Source of the DNA: Flavobacterium sp. UBA7665 | Lineage (GTDB): Bacteria > Bacteroidota > Bacteroidia > Flavobacteriales > Flavobacteriaceae | Direction: 5' to 3' | DNA: 64,000 nt | Assembly: GCA_002483285.1 (NCBI GenBank) | Contig: DLHP01000033.1 | Location: forward strand, 22,980-86,979 | Shown: positions 18,912-27,127 of the stretch, in pieces | Numbering within the stretch: position 1 is the first letter of the stretch | How the letters are laid out: the number at the start of each line of letters is the position of its first letter | Program-made: the position numbers and the translations under genes | The notes under the pieces: generated by a model | What the model saw: the letters and a program-made list of their open reading frames with translations, nothing else | The model's database searches: none | Told to the model about the DNA's origin: nothing

Positions 18912-19323
18912 AATTCTTTTATCTATAAATATTCTTTAGTTACGGTGAAGACCTAATTTTTTGAGCCAAAATTTTTTAAAAATTTTCTGAGGCCATCCGA
19001 TTGCCACCGACACCATTTGAAAATTGCCTGCCTTATAAGAGCGGAAACGCGAGTTGGGCTAATGGGAAATTCAAGAATTTTCGCCAGCAGGGAGGCAGGG
19101 GATGCTTTTCACTCTAACGGTTTTAGCTTGATGCCAGAAAAATAAAGACTTGCCAAGGGGTTTAGGTTTTAAAGTACGTGCTAAAGGTCTTGTCAAATCA
19201 TCCCCCTTATATCCCTGTGTCGGTTAATTCGAGGCCATTTTTGGATGCTTTCGGAACATTAAAATTACCTCGCTTCGCTTCTTGGATGAGGTTCTACATC
19301 GCCGAGACCATTCTCAAGTACCT

Positions 19324-19557
19324 GCGAGGCAATTTTTAAATGGTAGGCACTCCATCCACACGTTCCCTCATTATAAGAATATATATAAGAATAAAAGAAT
19401 TATAATAGATATATAGTTATCTATAATAAGGCAATCGTCAGATTGCCTCGGTATTGTAAACCACTTCCAACTTACTTAGTTTCTCTTTTCTTCAAATCAC
19501 CTCCAACGGAATCTTTGAAAAATAGAATCGCGAGGCAATTTTTAGATTGCCTCGGTA
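19324..19557. repeat. Putative replication origin: repeated AGGCAAT-N6-ATTGCCT palindromes around an AT-rich core
   Basis: Palindromes at 19429-19448 and 19531-19554, half-site at 19325-19333, nearly pure A/T tract ~19370-19428; upstream of a Rep-like gene. Confidence 0.5.
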
Positions 19558-19749
19558 AGATTTTAAGAAATATCGATAAATCTTTAAAAATCACTTGACT
19601 TTTTAGAATTCGTGCTTATACTTATCAAAACAGTTTTACAAAGGGGTTTGCTGGCGGGTTGCAGTCGCCAGCTTCCGTTGCCCCGAAATCAAAAACGGAA
19701 ATACCAATAATCGCCCGATTGGACGAAAGAGAATAACGGAATATCTAAA

Positions 19750-20535
19750 ATGGAATTCAAATCTTTGAACGACGTGTTCAGCAACAATTTTATTAAATCA
19801 TTACCACACCTTACCAGACTTGACCTAACAGCCAACGAAATCAAAATCATCGAGCTGGTCTTATCCTTTACCCATAAGGGTCTGGATTTCTATATGAACC
19901 ACGCGACCATCGCCGATTATCTGGTCTTAAAGGAGACCAAGACCAAAGCTAAATCAGTGGGCAATATCATCGCGAAGCTTCGTAAGAAGGGCTACATTGA
20001 GACCGTAACCACACACAACTATAACGGAAAGAATGGCGGCTCATCAACAATCATAACTGTTAACGAGGCGTATCTCGAAGAGCAGCTCCATGCCGTATTT
20101 AGCTCTATTGAGGTCTTAGACCAAAATACGCCGCAAGCCTTGTCAACATTGGAGTTAGAACAAGTTAAGATGCAGCTCCCTAATGCGACCCCATCGGGTT
20201 CTGCGGATGCGGTATCTTTCCCGTATAACTACGAGACCAAGAGACAAACCGCAGCCGAATTTGTAGCTGAATTGGATTGTATGGTTGACGAGCCGCGACC
20301 AGTCTTAAACCTTCCAAGTTTGAAAGATTTCGAAGACCCTGACGATGGAGAGCAAGAGGATTTCGGTTACATGGAATTCGAGACTTTAGAAGGCTTCAAA
20401 TCTTTGCTTCAAGCATTGATAGGTCTTGACCAGATGTATCTCAAGAGAGGGACATTACAGCAATTAATTGACAATAGGCTGGGTTGGGATTTAGACAGGA
20501 TGAAAGAGGCGTTTGCATCGACCATACTTAGATAA
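19750..20535 (+). CDS. Winged-helix protein resembling phage/plasmid replication initiators
   Basis: DLTANEIKIIELVLSF...MNHATIADYL...SVGNIIAKLRKKGYIE (HTH_36-like), with an acidic C-terminal region. Confidence 0.6.
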   Translation: MEFKSLNDVFSNNFIKSLPHLTRLDLTANEIKIIELVLSFTHKGLDFYMNHATIADYLVLKETKTKAKSVGNIIAKLRKKGYIETVTTHNYNGKNGGSSTIITVNEAYLEEQLHAVFSSIEVLDQNTPQALSTLELEQVKMQLPNATPSGSADAVSFPYNYETKRQTAAEFVAELDCMVDEPRPVLNLPSLKDFEDPDDGEQEDFGYMEFETLEGFKSLLQALIGLDQMYLKRGTLQQLIDNRLGWDLDRMKEAFASTILR

Positions 20536-20592
20536 ATGAAAATAAAAAATCACTGGCTCAAGGTCAGTTATTATTATTTTTAGTTAAAGATT

Positions 20593-21249
20593 TCAGGCTG
20601 CTATATTTTTTGAAAAATCTAACATTAAATGATAAATTACAACTTCGTTATGCGCAGAGCAGTAAGAATAGTTGAAATCAGTTCTAAGCACTCTGGTGCT
20701 GAGTATTTTTGTTGTATTAGCTGTCCTATACGAATTCTGGAGTAACTGGTTTATTGACCCAATGTTAGCCGCTATATCCAGTGGCTGAACAACAAATCCA
20801 ATCATGCCATTGATTTTATAATGTGTTGAATAAGCTTTAGTAGTAAAACGGCATATCCCATTTTCTATATATTTTGCATTTAAGCCAGTAGTTCCATTTA
20901 AGTTATTGCTATCAAGTCTTTTACATTCTATGATATAATAGGCTTGGGCGTCTAAAAATGTATTTACGGTTTGAATTTTTATATCTGTTCTTCCTACACT
21001 TGCATCCTCTGGAACTTCTCGGTCGAATAAATAGGATATTAATCCCATCTTATTTCGAATTTCATTGTTTTTTAAATACTGTAAAAGGAGGACGTCACGA
21101 ATGGAATTTTCATCGTTTGCTAAAGTTACGTTGTCTTCTAACATAAGATAGTAGCAGCCGACTATTTTTGTAAGAAGGTCTTCAAATTCTGCATTATAGA
21201 AATACTCACTGTACTCGAAGTTGGTTGCGCTTAAATTGTTAAATATCAT
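20593..21249 (-). CDS. PD-(D/E)xK nuclease-like protein
   Basis: GRTDIKI...YYIIECKRL pattern; start overlaps the methyltransferase stop by 11 nt. Confidence 0.65.
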   Translation of the reverse strand: MIFNNLSATNFEYSEYFYNAEFEDLLTKIVGCYYLMLEDNVTLANDENSIRDVLLLQYLKNNEIRNKMGLISYLFDREVPEDASVGRTDIKIQTVNTFLDAQAYYIIECKRLDSNNLNGTTGLNAKYIENGICRFTTKAYSTHYKINGMIGFVVQPLDIAANIGSINQLLQNSYRTANTTKILSTRVLRTDFNYSYCSAHNEVVIYHLMLDFSKNIAA

Positions 21250-24200
21250 GGCGTTTACCTCCTTCCTTTAATATAGCATCAGTAAATTCATTAACATCTA
21301 AATATGCTATTGCCGAATGCCACAATTTCATTTCATTGGGTTTGAAAATATAGAAATAATCTTTTTCAAATCCTCGGATGTCTTTTTGAACAAAAAGTTT
21401 TTCGGTAATTTTTGAAATTCCCATTGCGGCTAAAAAGTTCAAAATGCCTAAGTCATCGGTTTGTTTGTCTATCCACTCTATTTCTTCTTTATAATCATTT
21501 CTTGGAATTATTTTGAAAAACATTCCAATTAATTGATTCGTATGCCATATTTCGATAATGAATTTATTATTACCATTTTCAAGCTTTTTGAAACGAGATT
21601 TAAAAACCTGTGCATACTCAAATAGTAACTCGGACTTGAATGGTATTGGAGAGAAGAGTCTTCTCTTACTTGATGCATCACCCACGATTAGGATTTTAGC
21701 AATGTTTTCACAGTAATTTATTAGTGCATTTTCGGTCTCGTCAATTTCAAATGACTGAATAACGGTTTTGTTAATAGATTTTAATTCTTTTTTTATGATG
21801 GAATTCAATTCGTCAATCTCAATATTATTTATTATGCCCGTATTTTGCTCTTCAAATAACTTTTTTTGAGCAGTTTCAATATTTTCTACATTTGAAGAAA
21901 CATCCATATTTATGTATGGAAGGCTATATTTGTTATAATTTTTCACCCGTTCTCTTTCTACCCCTATCGATGAAAAAATATTTATAGCATAATACATAAA
22001 AAGGTTCGTGCTAAAAATTGACGCAATGTTGTGAAGAACATTCAACTGTTTTTCATCTATTGCTTTTATCGAAGTTATCGAATCCTTAAATAAAACATCC
22101 TTTGTAGAAATAGCACATTTTGCTGTGAGAGTTTTCATATCAATTCCCTCTCGAATTAGAAGCATCGGATGATGGTAAATTCTCACATCTTTTATAATAT
22201 CAATTTTTTCTTTTTCTAAAACTCCAATTTTGTCGTAGTCGATATAGAAAGAAGTGATTGCTTCTGTTTTTAGAAAGGATATACCTTCAATTATACTCGT
22301 ATTTTTAGTTTCTTTTAAAGGGAGCGTTCTACTGTGAAGCCCAGTAGATTCGACAAATAAATCTTTATTTGAAACTATGTTCTTAACAGTTGGAAAATTA
22401 TCTTTCAGCCTTTTTATAAAATTAAAATCGAGATATGACCCATATACTAATACTTTCCAAATCCAATCATGTAGTTTAAAGTTTTGTTGATTAATTAATT
22501 TATAATCGGAACGGTTAATAGTAAAAACTTTAAATAGAGAGAAAAACCTACTTTGTTTTAAAGCAATATGTTCAACGACATTTTTATCAGTATTTTCGCC
22601 GCGCGCGTATCGATAAAATAAAACGGCTGCTGGAGCTACAGCGGGTTGATTCGATTTTTCAAAAACTTCATGCCGTACTGGAGCTAATTCAAAAACTCTA
22701 TCGACGAAATATTCTTCCAACCAATATTGTCTAAATGGACTAAAATTGTCATTGTATCCAAGATTGTAGAGACTACTGCTCCTAATAATTAATGATATGC
22801 GCGTAGTCGCAGAGCAAAAGTCACTAACCCTTAAGACAAATGCTTCTGCAATTTCATTATTATTGATTGCAATCGGATATTTTTTATGCTTTTCTTTTTT
22901 ACTTCGATTCTTTAGATAGGTATTACCTATATCGTCCATTCCATTTCCCTTCCACGGTGGATTTCCCAATATAAATTGAAAGCTGACTTTATTTAAAATA
23001 GAATTGAATGTTGAATTTTCATCAAAAAAATCGGCTTCAAAAAAGTTCGTATTAAAAAGCTCAGGGAAGGTAAATGTTTCAATCTCTTTAGGCTCTAAAT
23101 AATCCAATAACGTAAGGTAAATCGAAAAAATTGCTACTTGGACAGCACTTAGGTCTTTATCAATCCCATATATATTGTCCTGCGCTAAACGCTTTATCGC
23201 TATTTTGAATTCCTCACTGCCGACTTCAATTCCACTATCAGAAATAAACTTCTCAATAACTTTGCGAAGCGTTTCTACAAGGAAAATACCTGAACCACAT
23301 GCGGGGTCTAAAACCTTACAAATGGCAAAGTCAGAAGTGTTTTTTGATAATGCCGAAACTTTTCTGTCACTTTGAAAAATTTCCTTTTCTACAGTTTCTT
23401 TTAAAATATAATCAACTAAAAAAAGAGGAGTATAATATGCTCCCTCTTTTTTTTGATTTTCTTGACCAATAAACATTTCGTAAACATTACTGATAAATTC
23501 AATAGGGATTATCGCAAAGTCATAGAAATCGAACAGCGATAGTTGCCCACTTTCTATGTTTTCGCCATTTAAAAGACGTTTAATGACCTTATATTGGTTT
23601 AAAGTTATTTCATCAAATTCTTCATCAGATAATGGGAAAATGTCGCCTTTAAACCCTTTTTCGTCATTCTCTAAATAATCAAAAAATGATTTGATTTTTT
23701 CAGGATAAGAAAGTAATTCGGAAAACTCATTATTACTCCAAGTTCGAAGCTCGCCATCGAAATTAATTTTTACTTTCCTATCAATAAGATATCTTACAAA
23801 AATTGCTTTTCCAATTATAGCGTTTGCAATTTTAGCAGATAGATTTTGCTCTACTAATTGTTTTCTTGCACTTTGGATGTTTCGTAAAAGATGATAGTCT
23901 ACTCTTTTCTTGTAATTCAGGAGTTCTTGATGTTTTTCCCATGTATTTCCACTTACCAATCGGAAATAGCTAAAATCATCAAGTTTCTCATCTTTTCCCA
24001 ATACCTTTAATAGCTTGGATTTTAAATCGAAATCAAAACCATTGAATATCTCTACAATATTATTCTCTATTATGATTGAAATAGGACACTCGTTGAAATT
24101 CCATATGGCTTTATGTAAAGCGTGCTTATTTGGAGGATTTTCGAAAAATAATATAAGAGGTTTGTTATCAAAACAAAAAAACGCCTTTGGTTTAATATCT

Positions 24201-25072
24201 TTTTCAATCAATCTTTTGACACGGTTTGGAAAGGCAGTTTCATTTTTCCAAGTGTCCTCATGTGTGTAAAAAAGGCCATTATCCTTATTAAGTCCAAGGC
24301 GTGTATATATTTCTTCCAAATTTGCCATCAAATAATCTCCTCTTTGTATTTTATCAAGTTTGAAATTTGAAATTGTGTTATTAATATATTCCTCTGTATA
24401 AAGAATTTTTCCAAAGTGTTTTAATTGCGTCTGATTGTATTCTAATTTGGTTTTGTATAATTGAATTAAATATCTTTTTAATTTATCAGCAATCGCTAAA
24501 TTATACTCGTTTGCATAATATAAAGTGTTAACGACACATAAACTTACATTCGCATTCGGCTTATACAGATAATTTATTTCCCGATTTTGCAGGAAGCTTA
24601 AAAAATCGGTTTTGTAATAAAATTTTTTTTCATTTAAAGAAAAGAGTATTGCGGAAAAATTAAAAAATGCAGTAGAAGGAATAAAGCGGTGCAAATTATC
24701 AACCTCACTATCCAATTCAAGCCTTTTTTGATACTGAACCGCCCATGTTTTCTCTAACGTCCACAAATCGATATTTGTTTCTGAAATATTGATTTTATAA
24801 CCGCCAAAACTATTGCGCCTGACGGATATAGAATTAGGAACTAAAAGTTCAATGTTTATATCATCTCGAATAACAATATCTAAATCCCGAATTTCTTCTT
24901 TTTGCAAAAAGAAATTTCTTATAACTCCACTGAATATGTACACATCATTTACCTCAGCAAGGCGCATCAAAAAAGAATGTACCTCAGCATCTACGTTACG
25001 CTTGATATATTCTAAAAATTCCTCTGAAGAGGAATTGACAATGTCTGCAATATCAGATAATTTTTTGGCCAC
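21239..25072 (-). CDS. Fusion: CCA/poly(A)-polymerase-like nucleotidyltransferase (aa 1-248) + type IIG-like N6-adenine DNA methyltransferase with C-terminal TRD (aa 249-1277)
   Basis: NTase: IFSGVIRNFFL...IRDLDIV, NSFGGYK, IDLW. MTase: GAYYTP, LDPACGSGIFL, GNPPW. GTG start overlaps the dGTPase stop; in-frame ATG at 24328. Confidence 0.8.
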   Translation of the reverse strand: MAKKLSDIADIVNSSSEEFLEYIKRNVDAEVHSFLMRLAEVNDVYIFSGVIRNFFLQKEEIRDLDIVIRDDINIELLVPNSISVRRNSFGGYKINISETNIDLWTLEKTWAVQYQKRLELDSEVDNLHRFIPSTAFFNFSAILFSLNEKKFYYKTDFLSFLQNREINYLYKPNANVSLCVVNTLYYANEYNLAIADKLKRYLIQLYKTKLEYNQTQLKHFGKILYTEEYINNTISNFKLDKIQRGDYLMANLEEIYTRLGLNKDNGLFYTHEDTWKNETAFPNRVKRLIEKDIKPKAFFCFDNKPLILFFENPPNKHALHKAIWNFNECPISIIIENNIVEIFNGFDFDLKSKLLKVLGKDEKLDDFSYFRLVSGNTWEKHQELLNYKKRVDYHLLRNIQSARKQLVEQNLSAKIANAIIGKAIFVRYLIDRKVKINFDGELRTWSNNEFSELLSYPEKIKSFFDYLENDEKGFKGDIFPLSDEEFDEITLNQYKVIKRLLNGENIESGQLSLFDFYDFAIIPIEFISNVYEMFIGQENQKKEGAYYTPLFLVDYILKETVEKEIFQSDRKVSALSKNTSDFAICKVLDPACGSGIFLVETLRKVIEKFISDSGIEVGSEEFKIAIKRLAQDNIYGIDKDLSAVQVAIFSIYLTLLDYLEPKEIETFTFPELFNTNFFEADFFDENSTFNSILNKVSFQFILGNPPWKGNGMDDIGNTYLKNRSKKEKHKKYPIAINNNEIAEAFVLRVSDFCSATTRISLIIRSSSLYNLGYNDNFSPFRQYWLEEYFVDRVFELAPVRHEVFEKSNQPAVAPAAVLFYRYARGENTDKNVVEHIALKQSRFFSLFKVFTINRSDYKLINQQNFKLHDWIWKVLVYGSYLDFNFIKRLKDNFPTVKNIVSNKDLFVESTGLHSRTLPLKETKNTSIIEGISFLKTEAITSFYIDYDKIGVLEKEKIDIIKDVRIYHHPMLLIREGIDMKTLTAKCAISTKDVLFKDSITSIKAIDEKQLNVLHNIASIFSTNLFMYYAINIFSSIGVERERVKNYNKYSLPYINMDVSSNVENIETAQKKLFEEQNTGIINNIEIDELNSIIKKELKSINKTVIQSFEIDETENALINYCENIAKILIVGDASSKRRLFSPIPFKSELLFEYAQVFKSRFKKLENGNNKFIIEIWHTNQLIGMFFKIIPRNDYKEEIEWIDKQTDDLGILNFLAAMGISKITEKLFVQKDIRGFEKDYFYIFKPNEMKLWHSAIAYLDVNEFTDAILKEGGKRHDI

Positions 25073-26525
25073 TTAATTTTTGATAATGGTCTAATGCAAA
25101 TTGGTCAGTCATCCCTGTAATAAAGTCCACAATAATTCTAAGTTTAGAATAATCAGTTAATTTGGTTATATCCTTGTCATTTTCAGGAATTTTATTTTCC
25201 ATTTGAACAGTACGATAAATGCTATTTGAAATCATGCCAATAGCTCTATTACGGTATTTTTCCTCTTCATGAAAAATAAACTCAATATAGTAATCCATAA
25301 GGCCTGTCAATACAGCATGTCCTGTAAGTTCTAAAGAAAGTATTTCTTTTTTAGGGAAAATATGTTTGCCACAAAATATTGAAAGCTTTTTAGTTAATTT
25401 CAGACTGTCGTCTTTTATAAGTTCTTTGTTATACTTTCCTTCATAAATTTCGGGTAAGTGTTTAAAGAAATTTTCAATTGTTATACCGACCAACCTCTCT
25501 ATTAAATAAATTCTTAAATCTACCATTTTAGAGATTTCTCTTCCATAATCGTAAACCTTAATATTAATTCCCTCAAGCGTCTTAAGTAATTCGACATCCA
25601 AGATTTCAGGCTCATTTGATAGTTTTCCATCAGAATCGACTTTAAGCTTTAAGTGTTTTTCTAAATCTTCAAAGCCATACCATCCCTTGTTGAAACCATC
25701 TTCAATATCCATGGTTAAATAACAAATTGAATCCGCCGCTTCCATCAAAAAAGCTAAAGGATGCCGCATGTTTTTTCCTTGACTATCTTTTAGTCCACAT
25801 GCGTCAACGATTTTTTCTAAATATTCTCGTTCAGGCTGAAAAACGCCTCTTTTACTTGTAGACAAGCTTGCCCCATCCACATTATCCGCATTAGGATATT
25901 TTAAGAACGCACCTAATGTAGCATGTGTAAGGTTTAAACCATATGCATTGCTAAGTGCTTGTAACTTCGTTAGAATTCTAAATCCTTGAGCATTGCCATC
26001 ATAATTCTTAAAGTCATCAATTTCTTTTTGACTCATTATAAAAATGCGTTTATTATTTTCCGTAGCCTTTTTTTTAATTTCGGGAGTGATATCTTCCTTC
26101 TTATCTACGACAATTGAATTTTCAAATAATTTTTCAAAATAATTTTGAATTACCGTTTCGCCAAAATGACCAAATGGCGGATTTCCAATGTCATGCACTA
26201 AACAAGCATTTTTTAATATTATCGGAATTGCTCTTAGTAATTGCTCTTTAGTCTGTCCTGTTTCTGAAACAAAAGATGCATCTGCACATACTCTTACACC
26301 TAACGAATATCCTATCGCCATAACCTCCATAGAGTGGGTTAATCTCGAATGTATGTGGTCATCAGTAGTTAAAGGGAATACTTGCGTTTTATCGTGCATT
26401 CTTCGGATAGCGGGACTAAATATTACTCTTCCAAAATCGCTCTCGAAATCATTTCTAATTTCGTCATCAAATGTCTTAGAAGACGGTTTTAATCTGCCTT
26501 TGCTTAAAAATTTATCCCAATTCAT
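25053..26525 (-). CDS. dgt: dGTP triphosphohydrolase (HD family), island-borne
   Basis: RRMHDKTQVFP, HSRLTHSMEV, HDIGNPPFGHFGE, DGNAQGFR, EAADSICY...DIEDG. Confidence 0.93.
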   Translation of the reverse strand: MNWDKFLSKGRLKPSSKTFDDEIRNDFESDFGRVIFSPAIRRMHDKTQVFPLTTDDHIHSRLTHSMEVMAIGYSLGVRVCADASFVSETGQTKEQLLRAIPIILKNACLVHDIGNPPFGHFGETVIQNYFEKLFENSIVVDKKEDITPEIKKKATENNKRIFIMSQKEIDDFKNYDGNAQGFRILTKLQALSNAYGLNLTHATLGAFLKYPNADNVDGASLSTSKRGVFQPEREYLEKIVDACGLKDSQGKNMRHPLAFLMEAADSICYLTMDIEDGFNKGWYGFEDLEKHLKLKVDSDGKLSNEPEILDVELLKTLEGINIKVYDYGREISKMVDLRIYLIERLVGITIENFFKHLPEIYEGKYNKELIKDDSLKLTKKLSIFCGKHIFPKKEILSLELTGHAVLTGLMDYYIEFIFHEEEKYRNRAIGMISNSIYRTVQMENKIPENDKDITKLTDYSKLRIIVDFITGMTDQFALDHYQKLSGQKII

Positions 26526-26600
26526 ATTAGTTTGATTTGATATCAAAATAAGAATTTTAAAAGGATAAATCCTAACATTTTCTTTCGTTGTTTCGTGTTC

Positions 26601-26702
26601 TCAATATTGATGCCGCCTCCCATCTGTTATAGTTTGATATGCTATTGCGAGTCGTTTTAAATCTTCCACAAAACGGTTCGACAATTCAACGTTGTAGGGT
26701 AC
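26601..26702 (-). other. Displaced 3' end of the serine recombinase gene (attP-side tail) plus attR core
   Basis: Reads V-P-YNVELSNRFVEDLKRLAIAYQTITDGRRHQY-stop; the GGGTAC core encodes V-P in the same frame as at attL. Confidence 0.7.
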
Positions 26703-26996
26703 AAAAAGCTCTTCTGAAAAGAAGGGCTTTTTTTTTGGAGCGGAGTCAAACATTTTTTGTTTGACGGCTCCGAGTACAAAAAGCGCTGCTTGAAAGGAAG
26801 GTTTTTTTTGAAGCGGAGTCAAACATTTTTTGTTTGACGGCTCCGGGTACAAAAAGCGCTGCTTGAAAGGAAGGTTTTTTTTGGAGCGGAGTCAAACATT
26901 TTTTGTTTGACGGCTCTTGGTACTGAAAAGCCTCTTCTTTTTGAAGGGGCTTTTTCTTTTTAGGATTGGTGTCAAACATTTTTTGTTTCACGGCTT
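26697..26996 (+). repeat. ~73-bp tandem repeats (about 4 units): palindrome + tRNA-Leu 3' end + terminator-like hairpin
   Basis: gtcaaacattttttgttt(g/c)ac starts at 26745, 26818, 26891, 26971; cggctccgggtac at 26838-26850 is identical to 12526-12538. Confidence 0.9.
26703..26736 (+). terminator. Native tRNA-Leu terminator displaced by the insertion
   Basis: aaaaagctcttc-tgaaaa-gaagggcttttt plus T tract, directly after the attR core. Confidence 0.65.
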
Positions 26997-27076
26997 CGTA
27001 GCATCCACATTAACATTTCCAACTCTAGATGTCTAATGGCGCGTTCAAAATCAGCAACCCTATTATCAGCTAGAAT

Positions 27077-27105
27077 AAAAAAAGCCACCAGTAAAACTGA
27101 TGGCC
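27077..27105 (-). terminator. Terminator of the nuo operon
   Basis: A7 plus gcca.cag-taaaa-ctga.tggc stem. Confidence 0.55.
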
Positions 27106-27127
27106 TATATTTTAAAATGGATAATTC

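Larger units (their letters stand above)
12533..26702. mobile_element. ~14.2 kb integrative element at the tRNA-Leu 3' end (serine integrase, tyrosine recombinase, XRE, Rep-like wHTH, defence cargo)
   Basis: Bounded by GGGTAC direct repeats (12533-12538 and 26697-26702). Hand-counted 60-nt samples: ~28% GC in cargo vs ~55% in nuoM. Integrase lies next to the tRNA; host nuoN resumes after the right end. Confidence 0.85.

Noticed and set aside
18960-19260. cos/pac-like packaging site
   Set aside because: The G/C runs and A/T tracts are vaguely reminiscent, but there is no defined motif and no terminase gene; cannot be supported.
26838-26850. 13-bp match to the tRNA end as the true attR
   Set aside because: It is the longer identity, but it lies inside a host-like repeat unit, would give a low-complexity repeat-derived tail, and serine recombinases need only short identity. 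Kept as the alternative that junction sequencing must exclude.
26601-26991. ORFs 26601-26852 and 26746-26991 as real genes
   Set aside because: They are translations of the tandem repeats; only 26601-26702 is meaningful, as the displaced recombinase tail.
26697-26996. Repeat array as a CRISPR array
   Set aside because: Units are near-identical along their whole length with no unique spacers, contain the tRNA 3' end, and no cas genes are nearby.
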